Shown one piece after another: positions 15,839 through 23,973 of a stretch of 29,449 nt of DNA. The stretch is from Candidatus Woesearchaeota archaeon (GTDB lineage Archaea > Nanobdellota > Nanobdellia > SCGC-AAA011-G17 > CAYRAU01): NCBI GenBank assembly GCA_964422525.1, contig CAYRAU010000001.1, forward strand, positions 1 through 29,449, written 5' to 3'. The notes under the pieces are model-generated. The model did not search any database. It saw only the letters and a list, made by a program, of their open reading frames with translations, and was not told where the DNA came from. A program made the position numbers and the translations under genes. Each line of letters opens with the position of its first letter. Position 1 is the stretch's first letter.

Positions 15839-16753
15839 ATGAATAAGTCCATTATAGTCTTCTTGGCTTTTGTAGCTTTACTATTTTTAGGAGCATCATG
15901 CGACAAGACTGACAATTCTGGGGAAAAAACAGGCCCGTTCTTTGGAGGAACAAAAGGAATAACAACAACATTTGTTTCAGGCAATCCTCCAAGCAAGTTC
16001 AATGATGACCAGAATGTTCCTGTCAAGATATTATTAAAAAATGAAGGCGAATATGATTTAAAGTCAGGCGATGCCAAAGTCAAATTAATAGGATTAAATC
16101 CTTCTACATTTGATTTTCAGGGCAATTTCCTTTCAAACAGCGGAAACTTAAGAGGCAAGAGCGAATTATTGCTTGAAGGCGGAGAGCAGGAAGTAAACTT
16201 TGGAGATTTAAAATACTTAAGAACAGTCACTAATTCGCAAACATTCAAATTAAGAGCAAAAACATGCTATCCTTACCAGACAGAAGCCAGAGTTCCTGTA
16301 TGCATAAAATCAACTCAGCTTGAAGAGACAGGCGATGAGATAGAATGCGAGGTTTCAGGAGAAAAGGTAACATCTAATTCAGTTTCATCAGCTCCGGTCC
16401 AAGTAACATCATTAGAAGAAGAATTGCTTGGAAGCGACAGGATTAAGTTTACTGTAATGATTGGCAATGCAGGCATCGGGGATGTTCATAATTCCAACTT
16501 AAAATGCGATGATATTGAGAAAGAGCCTTCAGCAGGCAAGAATGAAGTGAACCTTGAAATTCTTGACACAAGTGTTAAATGCTTCTTTAGGGACGGCACA
16601 GAAAGCAACAGGGGCATTGTTGAGATAAACGGACAGCCTTTGACATGCTCGAAAGAAGTCAAGGAGAGCTTTGAGGATGTATTGACAATAAAACTCGATT
16701 ATAAATATATTGACAGGACAGAGTTCAAAGACATTGAAATAGTTGAAAGTTAG
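15839..16753 (+). CDS. Putative lipoprotein, paralog of 14906-15826
   Basis: Signal peptide ending LGAS-C21; GPFFGG, GNPP, NEGEYD, CYPYQT..VCI, SSAPVQV, LTIKLDYKY. Confidence 0.8.
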   Translation: MNKSIIVFLAFVALLFLGASCDKTDNSGEKTGPFFGGTKGITTTFVSGNPPSKFNDDQNVPVKILLKNEGEYDLKSGDAKVKLIGLNPSTFDFQGNFLSNSGNLRGKSELLLEGGEQEVNFGDLKYLRTVTNSQTFKLRAKTCYPYQTEARVPVCIKSTQLEETGDEIECEVSGEKVTSNSVSSAPVQVTSLEEELLGSDRIKFTVMIGNAGIGDVHNSNLKCDDIEKEPSAGKNEVNLEILDTSVKCFFRDGTESNRGIVEINGQPLTCSKEVKESFEDVLTIKLDYKYIDRTEFKDIEIVES

Positions 16754-16783
16754 TTTTATTAAGTTTCTCGATTCTTGTTAATT

Positions 16784-18013
16784 ATGATAATTGCTGATTT
16801 GCAGATTCATTCAAGATATGCGAGAGCATGCAGCAGAAACACAAATTTTGATTTGCTTGAGAAATACGCAAGAATCAAAGGCTTGAATTTGCTTGGAACG
16901 GGAGATTTTCAGCATCCTATCTGGAACAAAGAGATAAAAGAAAAATTAAAAGAAGATGAAAATGGAATACTTTGGTCAAAGACAGGTTTTCCTTTTATAT
17001 GGCAGACAGAAATAAGCTTGATGTACAAGCAGGTAAAATCAAGGAAAGTCCATCATCTGATATTTTCTCCGAATACTGAAGTTTCAGACCAAGTCATACA
17101 TGCTCTGTCAAAAAAAGGAAGGCTGGATTACGATGGAAGGCCTATATTCGGCTTTACTTCAATCGAATTAGTTGATATGATGAAAGAGATTGATGACAAA
17201 ATAGAAATTATTCCAGCTCACTGTATGACTCCTTATTTTGGTTTGTACGGCAGCATCAGCGGCTTTGATTCTCTACAGGAATGTTTTCAGGATAATGCCA
17301 AGCATATTCACGCTGTTGAAACAGGCATGAGCGCAGACCCCACAATGCTCTGGCGCTTTAATGACGCGAAAAGAATTAATTTAGTAAGCTTTTCTGATGC
17401 GCATTCTTATTGGCCATGGAGATTAGGCAGGGAAGCTACTGTCTTTGATTTTAAAGAATTAACTTATGACAATGTGATAAAAGCTATAAGAACAGGAAAC
17501 GGCTTGAATAGCACAATAGAAACAAGCCCAAGCTATGGAAAATATCATTATGACGGCCATAGAAGCTGCAAGATAAATTTTAGTCCTGAGCAGACAAAAA
17601 AAGCCAATGGCATATGCCCAAAGTGCAGCAAGCCAATGACCATAGGTGTTTTGAACAGAGTTAATGAACTGGCAGGAGAAAAAGAAGGATTCAAGCCTGA
17701 GAATGCAAAAAATTTTATTGATTTGATTCCATTGACAGAGCTTATAGCAACCAATCTTAATACAAAATCGCTTAGTTCTCAAAAAGTTTGGCTGATTTAC
17801 AATAATCTTATTGGAAAATTCAACAATGAGCTAAATGTCCTGATTAATATAAGTTATAACGACCTTATTAATGTAGTTGATGCCAAGCTTGCTAAACTAA
17901 TTGTTGATATAAGAAACGGCAAGCTGGAAATTATTCCTGGTTACGACGGCGTTTATGGAGAAATTCTTGCAGGCAGCCATTCTGCAAAGCAAAATACGCT
18001 AAATAACTTTTAG
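16784..18013 (+). CDS. endoQ: Endonuclease Q family (PHP domain + zinc-binding region)
   Basis: ADLQIHS, LLGTGDF, QTEIS, VHHLI, IPAH, VETGMSADP, FSDAHS, LGREAT, GKYHYDGHRSC..CPKC, IIPGYDGVYG; C-terminal PIP-like QNTLNNF; TATA box at -29. Confidence 0.88.
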   Translation: MIIADLQIHSRYARACSRNTNFDLLEKYARIKGLNLLGTGDFQHPIWNKEIKEKLKEDENGILWSKTGFPFIWQTEISLMYKQVKSRKVHHLIFSPNTEVSDQVIHALSKKGRLDYDGRPIFGFTSIELVDMMKEIDDKIEIIPAHCMTPYFGLYGSISGFDSLQECFQDNAKHIHAVETGMSADPTMLWRFNDAKRINLVSFSDAHSYWPWRLGREATVFDFKELTYDNVIKAIRTGNGLNSTIETSPSYGKYHYDGHRSCKINFSPEQTKKANGICPKCSKPMTIGVLNRVNELAGEKEGFKPENAKNFIDLIPLTELIATNLNTKSLSSQKVWLIYNNLIGKFNNELNVLINISYNDLINVVDAKLAKLIVDIRNGKLEIIPGYDGVYGEILAGSHSAKQNTLNNF

Positions 18014-18777
18014 CCAATGTAATTTACGTCTGAGAAAGGCTTTGTCTTTCCTTTTTTTTGCATATCAGCCAGCTTTGGCTTTTTATTAAGACCTTTTTCC
18101 ATTTCATTGATCTCTTTATCTAGATATTTGAAGTCCATTCCAATCTCAAATTTTTTATTCAATACTTTCAGTATTTCCTTTGCGCCTCTAATTCCTAGAT
18201 ATGACGGATGCCCGAATGTCTGGGCCAGAAGAGATATTGCTGGTATGTTTCTTCTTTTTGACAATCCCAATAATAATCCAGAGACGCCTACTATAGGCCC
18301 TACAACTCCGAATATTTGGTTGTTCAAATTCAGGTTTTTGTATTTCTTAATCAGGCTCTTGTCATTTCCAGTGCAAAATACTTGGGGAGCCTTTGGTATG
18401 TTAGGCATTCCTATTCCGCCTGTTGTTATTATTTCCCTGCCATTGAATTTCTCAAATACATTTAGCACTTCTTCGCAGAATTCATAGCATGAAGATTCAT
18501 CAAACGGCTGGACATCGCCTGCCAGGAACAAAAAGTCTTTTCCCTTTATTTTTTTATGATAAAGCTCTATCTTTGGCAGGTCAATTAAATTCTCTTCGTT
18601 TACAAAAACAGAGTTTGGGAATGAATTTGATTGTATTTCAATTATCCTGTCAGCACTCAGGCTTTCTATCATAAAATCAACAGCAACTTTTCCAACATTG
18701 CCTATGCCTGGAAGACCTTCTATTAGAATAGGATTCTTCATATTTATCTTTTTTATACTTTTTATGTTGAAGCTCAT
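18010..18777 (-). CDS. PAC2-family proteasome assembly chaperone
   Basis: PILIEGLPGIGNVGKVA, FLFLAGDVQP, IITTGG, PIVGVSGLLLG; usual position after nop10. Confidence 0.9.
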   Translation of the reverse strand: MSFNIKSIKKINMKNPILIEGLPGIGNVGKVAVDFMIESLSADRIIEIQSNSFPNSVFVNEENLIDLPKIELYHKKIKGKDFLFLAGDVQPFDESSCYEFCEEVLNVFEKFNGREIITTGGIGMPNIPKAPQVFCTGNDKSLIKKYKNLNLNNQIFGVVGPIVGVSGLLLGLSKRRNIPAISLLAQTFGHPSYLGIRGAKEILKVLNKKFEIGMDFKYLDKEINEMEKGLNKKPKLADMQKKGKTKPFSDVNYIG

Positions 18778-18935
18778 GTTAAATTTTGTTTGTATTTTCT
18801 TCTGTATTCCCCGAATTTGTCTTCAGGGCTGAATTTCGGCGGCTTAGGCGACATAGTTTTAGCGCTGCACTTTGAGCAGACTTCTTTTAAAGTGAATGTC
18901 TTGCAGCTCTTGCAGTAAAGTATTTCTTTAGTCAT
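18774..18935 (-). CDS. nop10: H/ACA RNP protein Nop10 (53 aa; not in ORF track)
   Basis: MTKEILYCKSCKTFTLKEVCSKCSAKTMSPKPPKFSPEDKFGEYRRKYKQNLT*; ATGA overlap with PAC2. Confidence 0.93.
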   Translation of the reverse strand: MTKEILYCKSCKTFTLKEVCSKCSAKTMSPKPPKFSPEDKFGEYRRKYKQNLT

Positions 18936-19695
18936 CTCTGTTGAATTTAATAAGCCCCTGATTCTTCATCATGCTGGTTGCTTCATCCAATGATTTTTTA
19001 AGAAGCAATTCAGCTTTCTTATAGTCTGATGCGTTAACCACCATTTTATATCTTGGAGCGCCAAGGTACAGTATATCAATGTCCTTATTTTTTATTCTAT
19101 TTAATACTTGCTTTATTATTTCTATGCCATTGCCTTTTTCTGATTTCAATTCCAATACGCCGCTTATGGCAACTTTCTTAGGGCTTATCTTGTCTTTTAC
19201 TACTTTTGATATTTCATCTGCCAGCTTTTCATTTATTCCAAGCTCTTTTAGATTTATATCTTTGTTTACAATGTCCTGGAAGCAAGCATTTAAAGTTGGA
19301 TATTTTTCAAGTATCTTGGTTCCGGCTTCCTTGTACATGTAAGCAATGTCTTTTTTCAAGCTGTTAGCTATGGATTCAAGAATTTTTTCAGCCTTCTGCT
19401 CCTGCTTGTACTCATCATTCTTATTTATCTTTTGAGCCTGATTAACTCTTCTTAATGACAAGTCTATGTGCCTTTTTTCCTTGTCTGTCCTTAATACTTT
19501 GCAGATTACCTTCTTGCCTTCCTGGACATAATCTCTTATATTTCTTATTCTTCCAGGAGAAACTTCAGAAATATGAATCATGCCTTCTTTTCCATACTCA
19601 TCAAGCTCCACAAACACAGAATGAGGCAGAACTTTCTTTACAGTGCATATAAGCAGTTCCCCATCCTCTGGAAATCCAGGCTTCTTATAGAACAT
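18928..19695 (-). CDS. eif2a: Translation initiation factor 2 subunit alpha
   Basis: FPEDGELLICTV, GMIHISEVSPGRIRNIRDY, IDLSLRRV, YLGAPRY. ATG 19695 preferred over the track start. Confidence 0.95.
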   Translation of the reverse strand: MFYKKPGFPEDGELLICTVKKVLPHSVFVELDEYGKEGMIHISEVSPGRIRNIRDYVQEGKKVICKVLRTDKEKRHIDLSLRRVNQAQKINKNDEYKQEQKAEKILESIANSLKKDIAYMYKEAGTKILEKYPTLNACFQDIVNKDINLKELGINEKLADEISKVVKDKISPKKVAISGVLELKSEKGNGIEIIKQVLNRIKNKDIDILYLGAPRYKMVVNASDYKKAELLLKKSLDEATSMMKNQGLIKFNRDD

Positions 19696-19697
19696 TT

Positions 19698-19883
19698 TTA
19701 ATCTAAAACTTCCAAGACACGAGCGCCAATCTTGCACTTTCCACCTGTTGGCGTTGCCAGTGTTTTGTTGCAGACAAGGCATTTAATTTTTGAAGACGGC
19801 TTGCCGAATATTATCTGCTCGTTCTTGCATTTGCATTTAACTCTGATAAACTTGCTTGTTGGCTCTCTTATGTTTGTTTCCAT
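19698..19883 (-). CDS. rps27e: 30S ribosomal protein S27e
   Basis: [34 protein letters not shown]; operon position. Confidence 0.93.
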   Translation of the reverse strand: METNIREPTSKFIRVKCKCKNEQIIFGKPSSKIKCLVCNKTLATPTGGKCKIGARVLEVLD

Positions 19884-19884
19884 T

Positions 19885-20196
19885 TTATTCAATCAATATT
19901 TTCTTAGTTCTTATTCCCTTATTTTGAAGCGTTGACTTTTTGCATACATCGCATGTGTATTTGATGTTTGTTTTTTTGCTTGTTTTTGCGCCTGTCATTT
20001 TAAACTTGCTTAAAGCCGGCTTTGAGCCCCACTTTCCCAAGTTTCCAAAGCCTCTTCCAAGACCTCTTTTTTTAGCTCTTGCTATTGAGCCATGTTTTAA
20101 TGAGCCTCTTTCTTTTCCTTTTACCTGACTAATTTTCTGATCAGTATATTTTCTGCAAAATTTGCAGTATTTCTTTATTGATTTTGGTAGTTTCAT
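19885..20196 (-). CDS. rpl44e: 50S ribosomal protein L44e (eL42)
   Basis: [27 protein letters not shown]; operon position. Confidence 0.93.
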   Translation of the reverse strand: MKLPKSIKKYCKFCRKYTDQKISQVKGKERGSLKHGSIARAKKRGLGRGFGNLGKWGSKPALSKFKMTGAKTSKKTNIKYTCDVCKKSTLQNKGIRTKKILIE

Positions 20197-20795
20197 ATTA
20201 ATTCAGCTCTCTTGTTCTTGACTATTACCTCAGCCACATTTAACGGAAGATTTGCCACATTTTCCCTTTCAAAAGGGCCATAAACATTCATGTCATCCCC
20301 GACAAATCTCGGGACTGCCTGCACAAACCTTACCAGCTTTGTTCCAGATTCCTCCTGGTTTTTTAACTCTTTCGGTTCTTCAATAGAAGGCATTTTCATG
20401 GTCAAAAGATTGTCTAGTATGCTTGACCTGTAATTCTTCAGCAAATTTATTAGGTCATTAAAAAGCTTTTTCTCTTCATTTAGGCCATTTACGCTGATGT
20501 TTTGCTTTGATCTAGAAGAAAATACAGCAGCCTGAATTATCTTGTTTTCCCTTCTGTCATAAAGCTCCTTTAGAATCTTTCTTACATTCTGAATCTGCCT
20601 TTCAGTTTTCTCTATTTCCTTGGCTGCAAATATTGAATCCTTTTCTTTCTGCGAATTTAATATTGATGTTTTTTCCTGCATGTACTTAACAACATCATCA
20701 AAAAAACTGTCATCCAGCTTGTTTAATTCTGATTCATTCTTTTCTTTTCTAAGAACTTCATATAAAGCTTCATAAGTTATAATGTCTTTTGCCAT
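20193..20795 (-). CDS. gins: GINS complex protein (Gins15/Gins51 type)
   Basis: ITYEALYEVLRKEK..LNKLDDSFF, RRENKI, C-terminal VRFV..VPRFVGDDM..YGPF..VANLP; upstream of L44e as in many archaea. Confidence 0.85.
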   Translation of the reverse strand: MAKDIITYEALYEVLRKEKNESELNKLDDSFFDDVVKYMQEKTSILNSQKEKDSIFAAKEIEKTERQIQNVRKILKELYDRRENKIIQAAVFSSRSKQNISVNGLNEEKKLFNDLINLLKNYRSSILDNLLTMKMPSIEEPKELKNQEESGTKLVRFVQAVPRFVGDDMNVYGPFERENVANLPLNVAEVIVKNKRAELI

Positions 20796-20839
20796 TTATC
20801 CCCCAATATTGGCTAATGCCAGTTAATTTAAATCTTTTA

Positions 20840-21880
20840 TTATAATAGTTTAAATAAGTTTTTTCCTTCAACCTGCTTCAGAGAGCCTTTTTTGCATGAT
20901 ACTTCATCAAACCTTGGAGTATTGTCTTTTTCTTTGCCATATATAAGCAGTGGCACAGGATCCTTGCTGTGTCTTCCCAGCTGATAAGGCGTGGCATGAT
21001 CCGCTGTTACGCATATTATAACCTGCTTTAACGCTGTTAATGGCTTCAGCCTCCTGTCTAAATTTTCTATTGCCTTGATCTTGTTTTTCAAGCTTCCAAG
21101 ATGGCCGGGTATATCCGGATCTTTAATCTGAAGATAAACATTTTTCCTGCTTTTTAATATTGCATTTATTTCATTTTTTTTGTTAATGATTTTCATTCCA
21201 AGAAGCCTTGCCAACCCGTATTCAACAGGCATGTCGCCAATCATAATCCAATTTTTAAGCTTTTTAACTCTTGGAATTTTGTTGCTTGCCCCTCTTAAAA
21301 GAATTGTTTTATCCCTTAAAATTTTCTTTGCTTCTTTTATGAAATTATTTATTTTCCTTGATGTTTTTTTATCGCCTTTGCATGCAAGCTCTTTATTGCT
21401 GCCCCTAATTGCCATAGAATAATTTCTGAATCTTGCGTAATTTGGATGAGTGTTTGTTATGTTTGGCGAGGCATTTTTTACAACAACAACGCATCTATGG
21501 CCTTTCGTGGGTATTATTTTAATGTCTTTGTCTATTTTATCTAGTTTTTTTATCAAATTTCTTGGAGCATCAACTCTTGAAGTTATTTTATTATTTTTTA
21601 TTTTCATGAAGTTGCCTCTTAAATAAACATTTTCTTTGCTAATCTTTAAGCCAGCTCCCAATGCTTCTATTACGCCTCTGCCAGGATAATTTTTCAGCTT
21701 CTGCCCAAGCAAAACAAATTGCGCAGCATCTGACTCCGGAGCTATGCCTTTTACAGGATGCATTAATCCTGTTTTTCCATTTTTAGCCAGGAAGTCAAGA
21801 TTTGGATGCTTGCTTAATTTTAATGAAGTATTAGGCATTATGTCGGCAACGCCATCAAGAATTATAAGGATTTTCCGCAT
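20840..21880 (-). CDS. apgM: Cofactor-independent phosphoglycerate mutase, archaeal type
   Basis: ILDGVAD, PESD (Ser nucleophile), GRGVIEALG, DIPGH, TADHATP, HSKDPVP. ATG 21880 preferred. Confidence 0.85.
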   Translation of the reverse strand: MRKILIILDGVADIMPNTSLKLSKHPNLDFLAKNGKTGLMHPVKGIAPESDAAQFVLLGQKLKNYPGRGVIEALGAGLKISKENVYLRGNFMKIKNNKITSRVDAPRNLIKKLDKIDKDIKIIPTKGHRCVVVVKNASPNITNTHPNYARFRNYSMAIRGSNKELACKGDKKTSRKINNFIKEAKKILRDKTILLRGASNKIPRVKKLKNWIMIGDMPVEYGLARLLGMKIINKKNEINAILKSRKNVYLQIKDPDIPGHLGSLKNKIKAIENLDRRLKPLTALKQVIICVTADHATPYQLGRHSKDPVPLLIYGKEKDNTPRFDEVSCKKGSLKQVEGKNLFKLL

Positions 21881-21917
21881 AATAAATTTTATAATTGCTG
21901 CGTATTTAAAATTTGCC
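21881..21917. promoter_or_regulatory. 37-bp divergent promoter region (apgM/truD)
   Basis: TTTATAAT (21888-21895) is 30 nt before the truD ATG; TTTAAATA (21910-21903, minus) is 30 nt before the apgM ATG. Confidence 0.65.
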
Positions 21918-22904
21918 ATGTACGTGCTTAAAGAAATCCCAGAGGACTTTATTGTAGAAGAAGTAATTAGCCTTGACCTAAAAGATAAAGGGGATTATTC
22001 CTACTTTTTGCTCGAGAAAACAGACTGGACAACCAGGAATGCCATAAGAGCATTGGCAAGAAGATTTAGGATAAAGGAAAAAAGGTTTAATATTGCTGGA
22101 AATAAAGACAGGAATGCTGTAACCAAGCAGTATGTTTCTGTTTTTAAGATAGGAAAAAACGCTCTTGAAAGAATAAAAATAAACGGCCTGAACATAAAAT
22201 TCATTGGATTTGGAGATGAAAGACTAAAGCTGGGCAAGCTTGAAGCAAATAAGTTTGAGATAGTTGTAAGAAATCTTGATAAGAAATGCGAGAAAGTCAG
22301 CTTTATTCCAAATTATTTTGATGAGCAGAGATTCAGCTCAAAAAATCCGTTGATAGGCAAGGCATTTGTAAAGAAAGACTTTAAGGAAGCATGCAGTCTG
22401 TTAATGCTTGATTATGAGAACAATGATTATATAGGGGCTTTAAGGAAAGTTGACAGGTGGCTTCTAAGGTTTTACCTTAATTCGTATCAAAGCTATTTGT
22501 TCAATGAGGCTTTGAAGGAATACATAAGGAGAAATTATAAGGAAGTTTTCCAGGTTGACTATAGCTTTGGTTCATTATTGTTTCCAAAAAGCAGAAAGAT
22601 GCTTAACATCAAGATTCCGATTCCAACTTACAATACTGTTTTAGAAAATGATGAAATAGGATTAATCTACAATGAGATTCTTGAAAAAGAAAATGTAATA
22701 TTATCTGATTTTAAAATCAGCCAGATGCCGGAATTAGTCACAGACACTGTTTACAGGGACGCTTTTGTCAAGTTGAATGATGCCAATCTTGATTTTTATG
22801 ATGATGATCTGCATGCCAATAAGCTAAAAGCAAAGTTTAGCTTTAATCTGCCTTCTGGAAGCTATGCAACAATTGCTGTAAAAGCTTGCTTTGCAGATTT
22901 TTAA
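21918..22904 (+). CDS. truD: tRNA pseudouridine(13) synthase TruD
   Basis: KEIPEDFIVEE, AGNKDRNAVTKQ (catalytic Asp), GKLEANKFEI, PNYFDEQRF, SYQSYLFN, FNLPSGSYAT. The track's 21744 start overlaps apgM and is rejected. Confidence 0.95.
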   Translation: MYVLKEIPEDFIVEEVISLDLKDKGDYSYFLLEKTDWTTRNAIRALARRFRIKEKRFNIAGNKDRNAVTKQYVSVFKIGKNALERIKINGLNIKFIGFGDERLKLGKLEANKFEIVVRNLDKKCEKVSFIPNYFDEQRFSSKNPLIGKAFVKKDFKEACSLLMLDYENNDYIGALRKVDRWLLRFYLNSYQSYLFNEALKEYIRRNYKEVFQVDYSFGSLLFPKSRKMLNIKIPIPTYNTVLENDEIGLIYNEILEKENVILSDFKISQMPELVTDTVYRDAFVKLNDANLDFYDDDLHANKLKAKFSFNLPSGSYATIAVKACFADF

Positions 22905-22958
22905 ATCGAAATATTTAAATACTGTTTAGCAATTAACTTATTTATTAAAAAGGAGGTA

Positions 22959-23351
22959 ATGCAGTTGGACAAAAATAATGTTATAACTATAGTTGCTGTA
23001 GTCCTTTTGGTGGGTGCAGTTTTATTCTCGTTTGATTATGATGCTACTGGCAGAGCAGTTTCAGCTTCAAGTTTAGTAACAGTAAGCCCAGAGGTTGCAA
23101 GCGCTGGAGATTATGTGACAATACAGGTATTGCCAAGCAGCAAAGGAGTCAATAGAGAAATTAGCATTTATGATGGCAGTGGCTTAAGAAAAACTCAAAT
23201 AAGCTTTAGAGAATGCAGTTCTTTCAAATGCAGAGCAAGCACATCAACAGCATACAAGACTGGATCTGACTGGGAACCAGGAGTATACTCTGTAAGTTAC
23301 TTTGATTACAACAAAGGAGCATTTGAGAAAGCATACTTCACAATACAATAA
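22959..23351 (+). CDS. Small secreted/anchored Ig-like protein, paralog 1
   Basis: Signal-anchor helix, ATGRAV motif, C....KC pair, GVY..DY..KAYFT; SD AGGAGGT at 22951. Confidence 0.8.
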   Translation: MQLDKNNVITIVAVVLLVGAVLFSFDYDATGRAVSASSLVTVSPEVASAGDYVTIQVLPSSKGVNREISIYDGSGLRKTQISFRECSSFKCRASTSTAYKTGSDWEPGVYSVSYFDYNKGAFEKAYFTIQ

Positions 23352-23365
23352 TTTTTTATTTTTTT
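23352..23365 (+). terminator. Oligo-T terminator between the paralogs
   Basis: TTTTTTATTTTTTT directly after the stop, followed by a new TTTATATA box at 23373. Confidence 0.5.
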
Positions 23366-23418
23366 CAAAATATTTATATATTGGTTGTGGGCTTAAAATA
23401 AAGAGAGGATGATAATTA

Positions 23419-23802
23419 ATGGACAATAAAATCAAGGTTTCTATTATAGTCTTAGTTGTTCTTATAATCGCAATGGTCTTTTTCAATCAGGGAGATTTTA
23501 CAGGCAAGGTAATCTCAACGCCAAGCATTGTAACTATTAATCCAGATGTTATTTCGCCAGGCGAATATCTTGAAATTACTGGAATTCCTTCAAAGAACGG
23601 CTTAAGCAAGAAGTTCTATATCTGTGATGACGGCGCTTTCTGCAGATGGCATACAACAATGAAAACATGCGAAGGCTACAAATGCACAATACCATTTTCA
23701 GCAAGATACAAGACAACTTCATTAGAGTCTGGAGTCTACTACTTAAAATTCTATGACTATACATTGGACGATTATATTAAAGCTTACTTTACTGTAGCAT
23801 AA
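23419..23802 (+). CDS. Small secreted/anchored Ig-like protein, paralog 2
   Basis: Signal-anchor helix, FTGKVI motif, CEGYKC, YKT..ESGVY..YDY..KAYFT; collinear with 22959-23351. Confidence 0.8.
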   Translation: MDNKIKVSIIVLVVLIIAMVFFNQGDFTGKVISTPSIVTINPDVISPGEYLEITGIPSKNGLSKKFYICDDGAFCRWHTTMKTCEGYKCTIPFSARYKTTSLESGVYYLKFYDYTLDDYIKAYFTVA

Positions 23803-23942
23803 TGGAAACAATATATCTCTGCACAAACTGCAATTTTAAGTTCAGGCACACCAATTCGAACCTGAAATTCAGGTGCCCTTACTGCAATGAGTCAAGATAT
23901 GTCACAGAATCCAGCGCAAGCAGGATTTTAGAGGAAAGCTAA
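23802..23942 (+). CDS. Small zinc-ribbon protein (46 aa; not in ORF track)
   Basis: METIYLCTNCNFKFRHTNSNLKFRCPYCNESRYVTESSASRILEES*; TAATG coupling to the upstream gene; CxxC...CPxC. Confidence 0.7.
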   Translation: METIYLCTNCNFKFRHTNSNLKFRCPYCNESRYVTESSASRILEES

Positions 23943-23973
23943 ATTTTATAAACTCTTTTTCTAGATTTTATTC

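Noticed and set aside
18010-20795. Replication-translation gene cluster gins15-rpl44e-rps27e-eif2a-nop10-PAC2
   Set aside because: Real, but a well-known conserved archaeal neighbourhood. The absence of adjacent priS/pcna is noted but is common variation.
21744-21917. 58-aa N-terminal extension of TruD (likewise track extensions at 54, 3076, 5752, 16775, 19782 and 21919)
   Set aside because: Extensions overlap neighbouring genes or promoters; downstream ATGs match family N-termini and TATA/SD spacing.
23802-23942. RNA polymerase subunit Rpo12 (P) call
   Set aside because: Has the Cys spacing but lacks the basic C-terminal K-x-R strand of Rpo12 and its usual rpl37ae context; left as a generic zinc ribbon.
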